Shown here in pieces: positions 29,337-38,758 of a stretch of 56,749 nt of DNA. Position 1 is the first letter of the stretch; every line of letters starts with the position of its first letter. Source of the stretch: an uncultured Clostridium sp. (lineage in GTDB: Bacteria; Bacillota_I; Bacilli_A; RF39; UBA660); assembly GCA_964490375.1 (NCBI GenBank), contig CAZBAZ010000001.1:18690-75438 (forward strand). The letters run 5' to 3'. The notes beneath the pieces were generated by a model that saw only the letters and a program-made list of their open reading frames with translations, made no database searches and was not told the DNA's origin. A program made the position numbers and the translations under genes.

Positions 29337-31064
29337 CTAAAGAGAATATTTTAATTCTTGTTGTGGTAATTCAAAAGTGTAAACTACATAATTTTCATAT
29401 TTATTAATCATATGTGATTCAATTTGACTTAAAGGTTTTGTTCTTATTATCAATTTAATATCAGTATCAATATTTTCATAACACTTTTTATTATTAAGTA
29501 TAATTTTAGCTATTTCATTTAATTCTTTATTTGTTGCATTATTTTGTTTTCTTTCTTGATAATAAGTTCTTAGCATTTTATCATTAGATAAATATTTACT
29601 TCTTATAGATTTTAATTTGTTTATAAATTGTTCATCTATTTTGATGGTTTTTGAATCTAATGCTTTAACCATTTCATATGTATTTGAATTTAATGCTATA
29701 TTATTTGGATCTACTCCATAAATACTAGATATCTTTTTTATATATTCTCTTAATGTTGTAATATAATTTATATCATTTTCTTTCATTATATCTATCATCG
29801 ATTTTAGTATTTTATCTGTAGTACTAATTGAAAAATTATATTCTCTTTCATCTGGAAGTTTTATTTTAAATATTGGATTATAATTAGTTGAATATAATAT
29901 TCCTTTTTCAGGATATACTTCTTCTAACTTTTTAAATCCAGTAAATATATTTGGTATTCCCAATTCGCTTTTAGCTTTTAGAGTTTCTGAAATTCTTTTT
30001 TTAAATTCTGAATCGTCTGTCTTTAATTCTTTCATAATAATAGATACAGCATTGTCTATTATTAAGCTTGCAAAGAAAACTTTTTTTCCATCATGATTTA
30101 CTGTTTTATTTAAATGTTCTTTAATATAATTTATCATTAGAATTTCGCAAGAATCTTCTAATATGTCAGCTCTTAAAGTGTTAAATGAATGTCTAAAGTC
30201 AAGATGTTCATTGTCAGGTTCTTCACCAATGCCAATCCAATTATTGATTTTATTTGTTAATATTGGAGGATTTCCACAGTTTTTTACCATGCTTGGATAT
30301 TTAGTTCCAATGCTATTTAAAATATCTATATTTGCTTTTAGTTCTTTAAGAGAACAATATATTAAAAATTTGTCATTTCTTTTAGGATCTGTTTGGAATT
30401 TAAAATAGTATGGTATTCTATTAGTTTCACAAAGACGTGTATACTCTGCGATTATTTTAAATAAATCTTCATTAGCACAATCAACATATATTCTAAATTC
30501 AGTTTTATCTCTATGTATTTTTCTTGCATGAATATATCTTGAATCTACATGTGTAAAATCGCCTAAATAATCACCTTGTGGAAAAAATCCTGAAGTTTCT
30601 TGTTTTGATCTCCAAAAATAATTATATTTTTCAAAATCTACATCAAGATTTCTAACCATAATAGTATATATTTTATCTATATCATGCATAGATTCTACTG
30701 ATTCTATATTTTTTAACGTTTTTTGTAATATTTCATATCCAGGCAAGCCTTGTCTTTTAAGATCTTCTAATTTATTTTGTGAAAGTGACTTAATATTTTT
30801 TAGCCAAATATTAGTCATTTTAATATAATACTTTTCATAATCTTCTTTATTAACTTTTGTTGTATCATTAGATGCAGAAGCACTAGTTAAAAAATCATAT
30901 AGTGGATTTATTCTTGAAAGTTTTTTACCAGTTCCACTATATCCCAAATTAGCATGGGATCTGTCACTTTTCTTATAATAATTTAGAACATCATCTAAAA
31001 AATAGTCATCATTTATAACACTATTTTTAGCGCCATTATCGCATAACGAAAGTAATGAATTCAT
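29337..31064 (-). CDS. Hypothetical protein with a HopA1-like domain
   Basis: FRIYVD...YFKF...RNDKFLIY...PPILT..I..WIGIGEEP...SFNTLRADIL pattern. Confidence 0.55.
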   Translation of the reverse strand: MNSLLSLCDNGAKNSVINDDYFLDDVLNYYKKSDRSHANLGYSGTGKKLSRINPLYDFLTSASASNDTTKVNKEDYEKYYIKMTNIWLKNIKSLSQNKLEDLKRQGLPGYEILQKTLKNIESVESMHDIDKIYTIMVRNLDVDFEKYNYFWRSKQETSGFFPQGDYLGDFTHVDSRYIHARKIHRDKTEFRIYVDCANEDLFKIIAEYTRLCETNRIPYYFKFQTDPKRNDKFLIYCSLKELKANIDILNSIGTKYPSMVKNCGNPPILTNKINNWIGIGEEPDNEHLDFRHSFNTLRADILEDSCEILMINYIKEHLNKTVNHDGKKVFFASLIIDNAVSIIMKELKTDDSEFKKRISETLKAKSELGIPNIFTGFKKLEEVYPEKGILYSTNYNPIFKIKLPDEREYNFSISTTDKILKSMIDIMKENDINYITTLREYIKKISSIYGVDPNNIALNSNTYEMVKALDSKTIKIDEQFINKLKSIRSKYLSNDKMLRTYYQERKQNNATNKELNEIAKIILNNKKCYENIDTDIKLIIRTKPLSQIESHMINKYENYVVYTFELPQQELKYSL

Positions 31065-31154
31065 ATAATCACCTACATAAAAAGTATAACATTTTTTAGT
31101 TATACTTTTTCATTTTATTTTAAACTTTTTTTATTTGTGTCAAGTAACCTTTTT

Positions 31155-33269
31155 TTATTGTCTTCTTAATTTTAATGATTTTTTCTTCACTGTTTCAAAA
31201 TCAACAGTTCTATTTATTTTAGATGCATCTTTAACAACTAAATCAATTTTATCACCAATATGATAAATATTGCCATTTCTACCTATTACAGCGCATTTTA
31301 CTTGATCATAGTGATATTGATCATCTTTCATATCTTTAAAATATACTCTTCCTTTTATACAATCAGTGGTTCTAACAAACATTGAATTAGGAGTTATTTC
31401 AACTATATATGCCTCAACTTCATTTCCAATTTTATCTTCCATATATGCTGCCATTGCCATTTCTAATGCTTCATTTTCCATTTTTTCACTTATAATTTCA
31501 AGTCTATTTACTCTAGTACATAACTCTTCAATAAAATCTTGTAGTTTTTTTATATTTTCTTCACTATAATCAAATGTTTGATAATCGTCAACTAAGGCAT
31601 TTGTTGCTAAATCAGGTACTCTTCTAATAGGTGATGTAAAATGGCCATAGCAATCAAATTGAGTTGCAAAGTGTCCTATATTTTCTGAGGAATATTTTGC
31701 TCTTTTCATTCCTCTAAGTAAATATTCTCTTGCTATCATATCTGCTTCACTATTACCTAAAGAATTAATAATTGTATTTAGGGCCTTACAATCAATTTGC
31801 TTATATTTTGGAATTTTAAATCCTGATTTACGTAGTACTTCCAAAACTTCTTGTACTCTTAAAAGATCTGGTTCTTCATGAACACGAAATGGTAAAGTTA
31901 ACCAAGCATAGTGACTATAAAAAATTGAATTAGCAATTCCCATGAATACTTCAATCATACTTCCACTTAGTCCATAATCGTTTTTTTCAAATCCATAAAT
32001 TTTATTGTACTCATCACTTTTTTCTTTAACTTCTAATAATTTAAAGTTTAAAAAATTTCTTCTTTGACGTGCAGCTTCTAGTATATAATAAAGTTCTAAC
32101 ATATTCATTAAATCAGTTCTATATTCTTCATAACCACTTACATTTTTGCCCTCAAACACTTCATTGCACTTACTATATGACATTGCTTTTTTTGATCTAA
32201 TAACGCTATCATAAATTTGATAATTAGCAATCTCGCCTGAAGGTGTAATTTCAACTTCAACAGTCCTAGTTAAACGGTCTACATTTGGGTTTAAAGAACA
32301 AATTCCATTTGAAACAATTGGATGTAGCATATTTATAACAGAATATAATAGATAATGACTAAAGCATCTATTAATAGCTTCATCAAAAGATTTTGTTCCT
32401 GGCCTTATATAATGGCTTACATGAGCAATATTTACTTTCAATAAATAGTTGCCATTTTCTAATTTTTTTACACCAACAGCGTCATCACGATCTTTAGTTT
32501 GATCACAATCTATCGTAAAAATATTTTCACTTCTTAAATCAACACGATTTTTTAAGTCTTCACTTGTTACCTCTTTTGGTAAATCTCTAACTTCTGCTAT
32601 AATTTCTTTACTAAATTCATATGGTACGTCATATTTAGCAGCAATTGATTTGATATCAATATCTAATTCATTTTTATTTCCAATAATTTTTTCAATGTTT
32701 CCATAATAAACACCATTTGAATTATTAATTGAAACTCTTACCTTTACTAAATCTCCATCTTGTAAATTATCTAATTGATTTGAATTAATTTCTAAATTAA
32801 TAAATTCTTTTGAATTGTATGGTACAAGACTTGCTTCTTTTCCATTTCCTATAACCTGAAAAATAACAATTCCAGAACTTCTTTTTGCTACTTTAAAAAC
32901 TGAACCTGAAAAATAATCTTTTCTTTTTTTTACTATTTCATTTACTACAACATTATCGCCATCAAGAGCTCCATTTAAGCAATTATTTTCTATTAAAATT
33001 ACATAACCTTCTTTAGTATGAACAAATCCTGTTCCTGATTTATTAATTTTTATTTTTCCAAATGCTAAACCATTATTAATAGGAAATTGTTGATATTTTC
33101 CATTTTTAGAAAGTATAAAACCTTCTTCTTCTAAATTGTTAATTGCATTTTTCAATAAGTTAAGATTATCTTCTCCATAAACTTTTAGTTTCTTTTTAAT
33201 TTCATCGAAATCATGAAACTTATAATCACTTTTAAAATAATTCTTTAATGATAAAATCATTTCTTCCAT
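31155..33269 (-). CDS. rnr: Ribonuclease R
   Basis: Cold-shock OB domains; TIDCDQTKDRDDA; HFTSPIRR.PD; C-terminal S1 domain. Confidence 0.93.
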   Translation of the reverse strand: MEEMILSLKNYFKSDYKFHDFDEIKKKLKVYGEDNLNLLKNAINNLEEEGFILSKNGKYQQFPINNGLAFGKIKINKSGTGFVHTKEGYVILIENNCLNGALDGDNVVVNEIVKKRKDYFSGSVFKVAKRSSGIVIFQVIGNGKEASLVPYNSKEFINLEINSNQLDNLQDGDLVKVRVSINNSNGVYYGNIEKIIGNKNELDIDIKSIAAKYDVPYEFSKEIIAEVRDLPKEVTSEDLKNRVDLRSENIFTIDCDQTKDRDDAVGVKKLENGNYLLKVNIAHVSHYIRPGTKSFDEAINRCFSHYLLYSVINMLHPIVSNGICSLNPNVDRLTRTVEVEITPSGEIANYQIYDSVIRSKKAMSYSKCNEVFEGKNVSGYEEYRTDLMNMLELYYILEAARQRRNFLNFKLLEVKEKSDEYNKIYGFEKNDYGLSGSMIEVFMGIANSIFYSHYAWLTLPFRVHEEPDLLRVQEVLEVLRKSGFKIPKYKQIDCKALNTIINSLGNSEADMIAREYLLRGMKRAKYSSENIGHFATQFDCYGHFTSPIRRVPDLATNALVDDYQTFDYSEENIKKLQDFIEELCTRVNRLEIISEKMENEALEMAMAAYMEDKIGNEVEAYIVEITPNSMFVRTTDCIKGRVYFKDMKDDQYHYDQVKCAVIGRNGNIYHIGDKIDLVVKDASKINRTVDFETVKKKSLKLRRQ

Positions 33270-33379
33270 ATCTTTATCCCCCTAATGGTTTTATAGTATC
33301 ATAACTAAATTAAAATTAAAAGAAAAACACGCTTTTTCATTGAAAATTGTGTTTTTCTAATTTTTGTTATATATACTTT

Positions 33380-33568
33380 TTACTTAGAATTATGGCATTT
33401 GCATTTATGTTTCTTTTCTTCGCAAGTACATTTCTTGCCTTCTTGGCATCCACATGTGCAATTTTTATCGCAAGTGCATTTTTCTTCTTCACATCCACAT
33501 GTACATTTTTTTCCTTCTTGACATCCGCATGTGCAAGTTTTTTTACATTTTTCATTCTCTTTCTTCAT
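33380..33568 (-). CDS. Small Cys-rich metallothionein-like protein (62 aa, 16 Cys)
   Basis: MKKENEKCKKTCTCGCQEGKKCTCGCEEEKCTCDKNCTCGCQEGKKCTCEEKKHKCKCHNSK; AGGAG RBS upstream of the ATG; Cys pattern repeated with synonymous changes. Confidence 0.75.
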   Translation of the reverse strand: MKKENEKCKKTCTCGCQEGKKCTCGCEEEKCTCDKNCTCGCQEGKKCTCEEKKHKCKCHNSK

Positions 33569-33766
33569 GTTTTTTATCTCCTTTTTTCTTATAAAATATT
33601 TATTTCATTTTGTAGACATTATCAACATCCATTTATCCAATATTATTATATCAATTTTTTAACTTATGTACAATTCGTTTTCAAACACTTGTAATTTGAT
33701 AGTCAAGTTTTTCACTTTATAAACCATTTTCATTAAAATTAATTACATTTTTAAATTAAATTACAT

Positions 33767-34000
33767 TCAAAAAGGAAGTGGTTCCCAATTAAAATAGGTA
33801 TTTCTTTTTCCATCATTGTATTGATAATGTATAACTAATATCCCTTTATCTATATATTTAATTGAATTATATTCTTGATAGTGCTCTCTTTTGTGTATAA
33901 TTGGACTATTATTAAACATTTTTGCTTGCAATGAATCAACAAAAATCAATAATAAAAACAAAGTCAATATTACTAATATAATTTTTACTATATTTTTCAT
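33767..34000 (-). CDS. Small membrane-anchored hypothetical protein
   Basis: GGGGAG RBS; N-terminal TM helix; 77 aa. Confidence 0.7.
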   Translation of the reverse strand: MKNIVKIILVILTLFLLLIFVDSLQAKMFNNSPIIHKREHYQEYNSIKYIDKGILVIHYQYNDGKRNTYFNWEPLPF

Positions 34001-34003
34001 TCA

Positions 34004-34270
34004 GTATCTCCCCCGTTTGAATTGTTCCAGTCACATTATTTATACTTGTAAAATACATAGTTCGACCTATACCTAAAGTTCCATGACTTCCTCCGCTTAA
34101 CACTCCTAAAGGTATAGAGCCACCGTTTGTGTCCGTTCTTGGAATAAATACTGGCGCTCCCACTATCACCATGATTCGATTCAACATTTGTCTTTACAAG
34201 GTCCTTTATAGTAGTCTCAGGAAGACCATCTGATGCTCCATAAGTAACTGTTTGATTTAGGCCTTTAACT
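34004..34270 (-). pseudogene. Frameshifted C-terminal fragment of a chymotrypsin-like (streptogrisin/alpha-lytic type) serine protease
   Basis: One frame reads VKGLNQTVTYG...LVKTNVESNHGDSG; after one extra G (GGTGATAGTGGGAGCG) the next frame continues APVFIPR...LGVLSGG. The N-terminal His/Asp half is absent. Confidence 0.65.
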
Positions 34271-34327
34271 TCTTACCACAACAGTTTTTATATTTTTTTC
34301 TGAGCCACAAGAACTTTGTACTCCCAT
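34264..34327 (-). pseudogene. Frameshifted SEC-C motif remnant
   Basis: TGT GGC TCA G-A AAA AAA TAT AAA AAC TGT TGT GGT AAG reads CGS(G)KKYKNCCGK if one base is restored. Confidence 0.6.
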
Positions 34328-34424
34328 TTATAATCACTATCCTTCATAACTTAATTATCTCATAAATCAAAAGAAAAAGCAGCAACTAATACTACTTTTT
34401 CAATTCATAAGTCTGAATAGTTAC

Positions 34425-34460
34425 ATGTCAATACTTTTTTGGACAAAAATGTATTGACAT
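34425..34460. repeat. Long inverted repeat directly downstream of secA (terminator or operator)
   Basis: atgtcaatac-tttttt-ggac-aaaaat-gtattgacat; each arm contains TTGACA; no U-tract on the secA strand. Confidence 0.6.
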
Positions 34461-34468
34461 TTACAAGC

Positions 34469-36964
34469 CTACTTACCACAACAATTTTTGTATTTCTTAC
34501 CACTTCCACATGGACAGGGATCATTTCTTCCTATTTTAGCTTGTGCTTTTTTAGGAATGTTTTTTACTGATTCTTTTCCATCATTTGTTCTAATATTTTT
34601 AGTTACTTCTTTTCTTTCAATATTTTGTCTTACCTCTGCATTAAGTAAGTATGTTGATATTTCTGCACTGATTGTTGCCATCATTTTATCAAATAATTCA
34701 AATCCTTCTAATGCATATACTTGAAGTGGATTACTTTGTGCATAACCTCTAAGTCCAACTCCTTCTTTTAATGCTTCCATTGCATCTAACTGATCCATCC
34801 AATTTTTATCAATAATTCTAAGTGATATTGATTTTTCAAAATCATCTTGTATTTCTTTTGGAACATCTTCAAGTTTCTTATTATAATCATCAACAACTAT
34901 ATTATAAATAATATCCACAATTTCTTCATTAGATTTATCTTTAAAATCTTCTTTAGTTAATTTTTTGCTCTTTAATAAATGAGCATTAAAGTGTTCTATA
35001 ATATTATCAATATCGTTATCAGTTAAATATCCTTCTGGTGGAATATGAACATTTATTTGATCTTGAACATATGTTTTGAAAGTATCTAGAACCCTATCAC
35101 GAATACTATCTTTATCTAAAATTTCATTTCTTCTTTCATAAATTATTTCTCTTTGCTTACTAATAACATTATCAAAATCTAATAATCCCTTACGTCTATC
35201 AAAGTTGAATCCTTCTACTTTTTTTTGCGCAGCTTCTAAATTCTTAGAAATCATTTTATTTGATATTGCTTGGTCCTCTTCTATTCCTAATGATTGCATT
35301 ATATTTTTCATTTTTTCAGAACCAAATTTTAACATTAAATCATCTTCCATAGAAACGAAAAATCTTGTAGCACCTGGATCTCCTTGTCTTCCTGAACGTC
35401 CACGAAGTTGGTTATCTATACGTCTTGAATCATGTCTTTCTGTTCCAATTACATATAAGCCACCTAATTCTCTTACACCTTCACCTAATTTAATATCAGT
35501 TCCACGTCCTGCCATATTTGTTGCTATTGTAACAGCATTCTTTTTACCTGCATTTTCAATAATATGTGCTTCTCTTTCATGATTCTTTGCATTTAATAAT
35601 TCATGTTTAATTCCAGCTTTTGTTAATAATTGACTTATAACTTCACTAGTTTCTACTGTTGCTGCTCCAATTAAGATTGGTCTTCCAGTTGAATGAATTT
35701 CTTTTACTGTTCTTACTAATGCTTTATATTTTCCATTTAAAGATGAATAAATTAAATCTACTTGATCATCTCTTATAACTGGTTTATTAGTTGGAATGCA
35801 AACAACATATGTATTATAAATGTTTCTAAATTCTTCTTCTTCTGTTTTAGCAGTACCTGTCATTCCAGCTAGTTTATTATACATTCTAAATAAATTTTGG
35901 AAAGTAATTGTTGCCAAAGTTTTTGTTTCTTCATTAATGTCAACGCCTTCTTTGGCTTCAATTGCTTGATGTAATCCTTCACTAAATTGACGTCCATGCA
36001 TTAAACGACCAGTAAATGTATCAACAATAATTACTTTTCCATTTTCAACTACATAATCAACATCTTTTTTAAATCCATAATTAGCTACCATAGCTTTATC
36101 TAAATTATGAACCATAACACTATTATCTATATTATATAGATTATCTAAATGTAATAGTTTTTCTACATGTTTTACACCATCTTCTGTAAGTGTAACTCTT
36201 TTTGTTTTTTCATCCAATACATAATCATCTACTGAAAGACTTTTTGCAACTCTATCTGCTTCTTTATAAACATTTGCACTTTTAGCAGATCCACCAGAAA
36301 TAATTAAAGGTGTTCTTGCTTCATCAATTAGAATTGAATCTACTTCATCAATAATTGCAAAGTTTAAGCCTCTTTGAGTTCTCTTTTCACGTCTAACAAC
36401 CATGTTATCTCTTAAGTAGTCAAAGCCCAACTCATTATTTGTTGTGTATGTTATATCAGCAGCATAGGCTTCTCTTTTTTCTTCTGGAGTTTTATCTCTT
36501 AAGTTAATTCCTACTGATACACCTAGTAAATCATAAATAGGTTTCATCCATTCTGCATTACGTGTTGATAAGTATTCATTTGTAGTAATTACATGAACAC
36601 CTAATCCACTTAGGGCATTTAAATAAGCTGGTAAAACAGTTGTCAATGTTTTTCCTTCACCAGTTTTCATTTCTGCTATATTTCCTCTATGAATAGCTAT
36701 ACCACCTATTATTTGAACTCTATATGGTTTTTCACCAATAGCTCTAAAACAAGCTTCTCTAGCTAATGCTATTGCTTCTACTAGTATATCTTCAAGTGTT
36801 TCTCCATTACTTAATCTTTTTTTAAATTCTTCAGTTTTAGCCTTTATTTCTACATCTTTTAATTTAGACATTTCTTCATCTAAAGCTTCAACTTGATCTG
36901 TTAATTTATTTATCTTTTTTAATTCTTTTGTTTCATAATCAAAAATATTTTTTAAGATTCCCAT
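34469..36964 (-). CDS. secA: Protein translocase subunit SecA
   Basis: EMKTGEGKT, DEVDSILIDEARTPL, TNMAGRGTDI, C-terminal GRNDPCPCGSGKKYKNCC. Start at 36964 follows GGAGG. Confidence 0.98.
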   Translation of the reverse strand: MGILKNIFDYETKELKKINKLTDQVEALDEEMSKLKDVEIKAKTEEFKKRLSNGETLEDILVEAIALAREACFRAIGEKPYRVQIIGGIAIHRGNIAEMKTGEGKTLTTVLPAYLNALSGLGVHVITTNEYLSTRNAEWMKPIYDLLGVSVGINLRDKTPEEKREAYAADITYTTNNELGFDYLRDNMVVRREKRTQRGLNFAIIDEVDSILIDEARTPLIISGGSAKSANVYKEADRVAKSLSVDDYVLDEKTKRVTLTEDGVKHVEKLLHLDNLYNIDNSVMVHNLDKAMVANYGFKKDVDYVVENGKVIIVDTFTGRLMHGRQFSEGLHQAIEAKEGVDINEETKTLATITFQNLFRMYNKLAGMTGTAKTEEEEFRNIYNTYVVCIPTNKPVIRDDQVDLIYSSLNGKYKALVRTVKEIHSTGRPILIGAATVETSEVISQLLTKAGIKHELLNAKNHEREAHIIENAGKKNAVTIATNMAGRGTDIKLGEGVRELGGLYVIGTERHDSRRIDNQLRGRSGRQGDPGATRFFVSMEDDLMLKFGSEKMKNIMQSLGIEEDQAISNKMISKNLEAAQKKVEGFNFDRRKGLLDFDNVISKQREIIYERRNEILDKDSIRDRVLDTFKTYVQDQINVHIPPEGYLTDNDIDNIIEHFNAHLLKSKKLTKEDFKDKSNEEIVDIIYNIVVDDYNKKLEDVPKEIQDDFEKSISLRIIDKNWMDQLDAMEALKEGVGLRGYAQSNPLQVYALEGFELFDKMMATISAEISTYLLNAEVRQNIERKEVTKNIRTNDGKESVKNIPKKAQAKIGRNDPCPCGSGKKYKNCCGK

Positions 36965-37057
36965 GTAATCATCCTCCATAGCAATTATTATAGCAAAACT
37001 AAAAAGAAAAGTGAATGTTTTTCACTTTTCTATCACTTTATCATTATGATTTCTTTA

Positions 37058-37591
37058 TTAATTTGCTTCAATGATGCCATAACCATCATCAGCTCTTTTA
37101 TAAACTACGTTAATTTTATCTGTTTCTACATTTTTAAATATAAAGAATGAATGTCCTAAAAGTTCCATTTGAGTTATTGCTTCTTCTTCATCAATTGGTT
37201 TTAGGAAAATTTCTTTTCTTCTTACTACAGTAGAATTATCATATTCTTCTTCAAAATATTCTTCTATTTCAGGCATAACTGGTTCTTTAGAAGAATTTCT
37301 TTTACTAGTTAGTTTACCTCTATATTTTTTAAATTGTCTTTCTAATTTATCAATAACTAAATCAATAGCGGAATATAAATCAGGATTTACAACCTCAGCT
37401 CTAATATTATATTTACCACTCCATATAGTTACTTCTACTTTTTGATCCTTTCCTTTAGCAGAAACTATTGCTTTAGCTTCTACCTCATCATTATCATCTA
37501 AGTATTTCTCTAATTTAGATAATTTGCTCTTAATGTAATCATTAATTGCTTCGGTAACATCAATTTTATTACCACGGATATTATATCTCAT
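37058..37591 (-). CDS. hpf: Long-form ribosome hibernation promoting factor
   Basis: IRGNKIDVTEAI, DLYSAID, C-terminal KPIDEEEAITQMELLGHSFF; upstream of secA. Confidence 0.95.
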   Translation of the reverse strand: MRYNIRGNKIDVTEAINDYIKSKLSKLEKYLDDNDEVEAKAIVSAKGKDQKVEVTIWSGKYNIRAEVVNPDLYSAIDLVIDKLERQFKKYRGKLTSKRNSSKEPVMPEIEEYFEEEYDNSTVVRRKEIFLKPIDEEEAITQMELLGHSFFIFKNVETDKINVVYKRADDGYGIIEAN

Positions 37592-37705
37592 ATATTATTC
37601 CTCCTTACCTAAATCATAACATAAAATCAATATCATTTCTACAAACCTTATCAAAATTACACAAATGTTTTACAAATAAAAAATACACAAACTTCGTGTA
37701 TTTGA

Positions 37706-37927
37706 TTATACTGCGCTTAATTTTACTTCTCTAACGTTTATGGCTTGACTTCCTTTAACTGTATTAATTAGTGTAAATTCTACAAGTTCGCCTTCTTTAA
37801 GAGTTTTATAACCTTCTTGGTCAATGGCTGAATAGTGAACAAATATGTCTTCATTCATATTTCCTTCAAATTCGATAAATCCATAGCCTTTTTCATTGTT
37901 AAACCACTTAACTCTTCCTCTACTCAT
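37706..37927 (-). CDS. Cold-shock domain protein
   Basis: [15 protein letters not shown] and DIFVHYSAI (RNP1/RNP2). Start MSRG at 37927 follows GGAAGG. Confidence 0.93.
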   Translation of the reverse strand: MSRGRVKWFNNEKGYGFIEFEGNMNEDIFVHYSAIDQEGYKTLKEGELVEFTLINTVKGSQAINVREVKLSAV

Positions 37928-38149
37928 TATATACCTTCCCTTCTTTATATTTTGCACACTATTCTTGCGTACTATTCTAGTCTACACTATAAAAGTATTT
38001 TATTTGAATAATTGTCATTAATACTGCTATTTTTGTCAAAAACTAACTTTTTTAATTATTTTTTTAATAATTTTTTCATTTTAAGCAAAATAAAATAGCT
38101 TTAATGACAAATTTTCATACTTTTTAAATTTATAGTGTATGATAAAACC

Positions 38150-38758
38150 ATGATTATGAAGGAAGTAGTAGTAAATAGTATAATTAGTAATATCAAAAAA
38201 TATTATAATTATAGTGATGTAAAATTAGCTGAAATTAAATATGGTATTGAATCGTTATATTTATCAATATTTAAAACTCTTGTTATTTTTATAATATCAT
38301 TTATATTTCATTTTACAAAAGAACTGATACTTTTATTTATATTCTATGGACTCCTTAGATTAACTGCTTTTGGGGTTCATGCTAAAAAATCATGGCAATG
38401 TTGGGTTTCTTCTATATTAACTTTTACTATATTGCCATTACTTATTAAATATGTTGTTGTTAATAACTTGTTAATTGATATTCTTTCTGTGATTTTTTTA
38501 GTTATACTTGCTATTTATGCCCCAGCAGATACTGAGAAAAGACCAATTTATAGTAAGAAAAAAAGAAGTGTTTATAAGTTGTTAACAATAATAATTTCTA
38601 CTATTTATGTTTTATTAATTATATTCTCTAATAATATTTATATGAAAAACATCTTGTTTTATTCTTTATTAAATCAAGTAATTCTTATATTACCTATAAC
38701 ATATAAATTATTTGGAGTTCAATATAGTAACTATAAAAGGAAAGGAGGAAAAATATGA
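38150..38758 (+). CDS. agrB: Accessory gene regulator B (AIP-processing protease)
   Basis: IKYGIE; LRLTAFGVHA...CW (His/Cys dyad); YAPADTEKRP. Start uncertain (38135 GTG, 38150 or 38156 ATG). Confidence 0.92.
   Translation: MIMKEVVVNSIISNIKKYYNYSDVKLAEIKYGIESLYLSIFKTLVIFIISFIFHFTKELILLFIFYGLLRLTAFGVHAKKSWQCWVSSILTFTILPLLIKYVVVNNLLIDILSVIFLVILAIYAPADTEKRPIYSKKKRSVYKLLTIIISTIYVLLIIFSNNIYMKNILFYSLLNQVILILPITYKLFGVQYSNYKRKGGKI

Noticed and set aside
31155-33269. RNase R as an unusual variant
   Set aside because: The catalytic D-x-x-x-x-x-D-x-DD pattern and HFTSPIRR are intact; ordinary divergence.
33367-33555. Alternative 62-aa frame overlapping the metallothionein-like gene
   Set aside because: No SD at its ATG; substitutions between the DNA repeat copies are synonymous in the Cys frame, so that frame is the coding one.
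33936-34187. 83-aa ORF as an intact gene
   Set aside because: Its N-terminus is an out-of-frame reading of the GDSG region, and it overlaps the next gene; better explained as a protease pseudogene.
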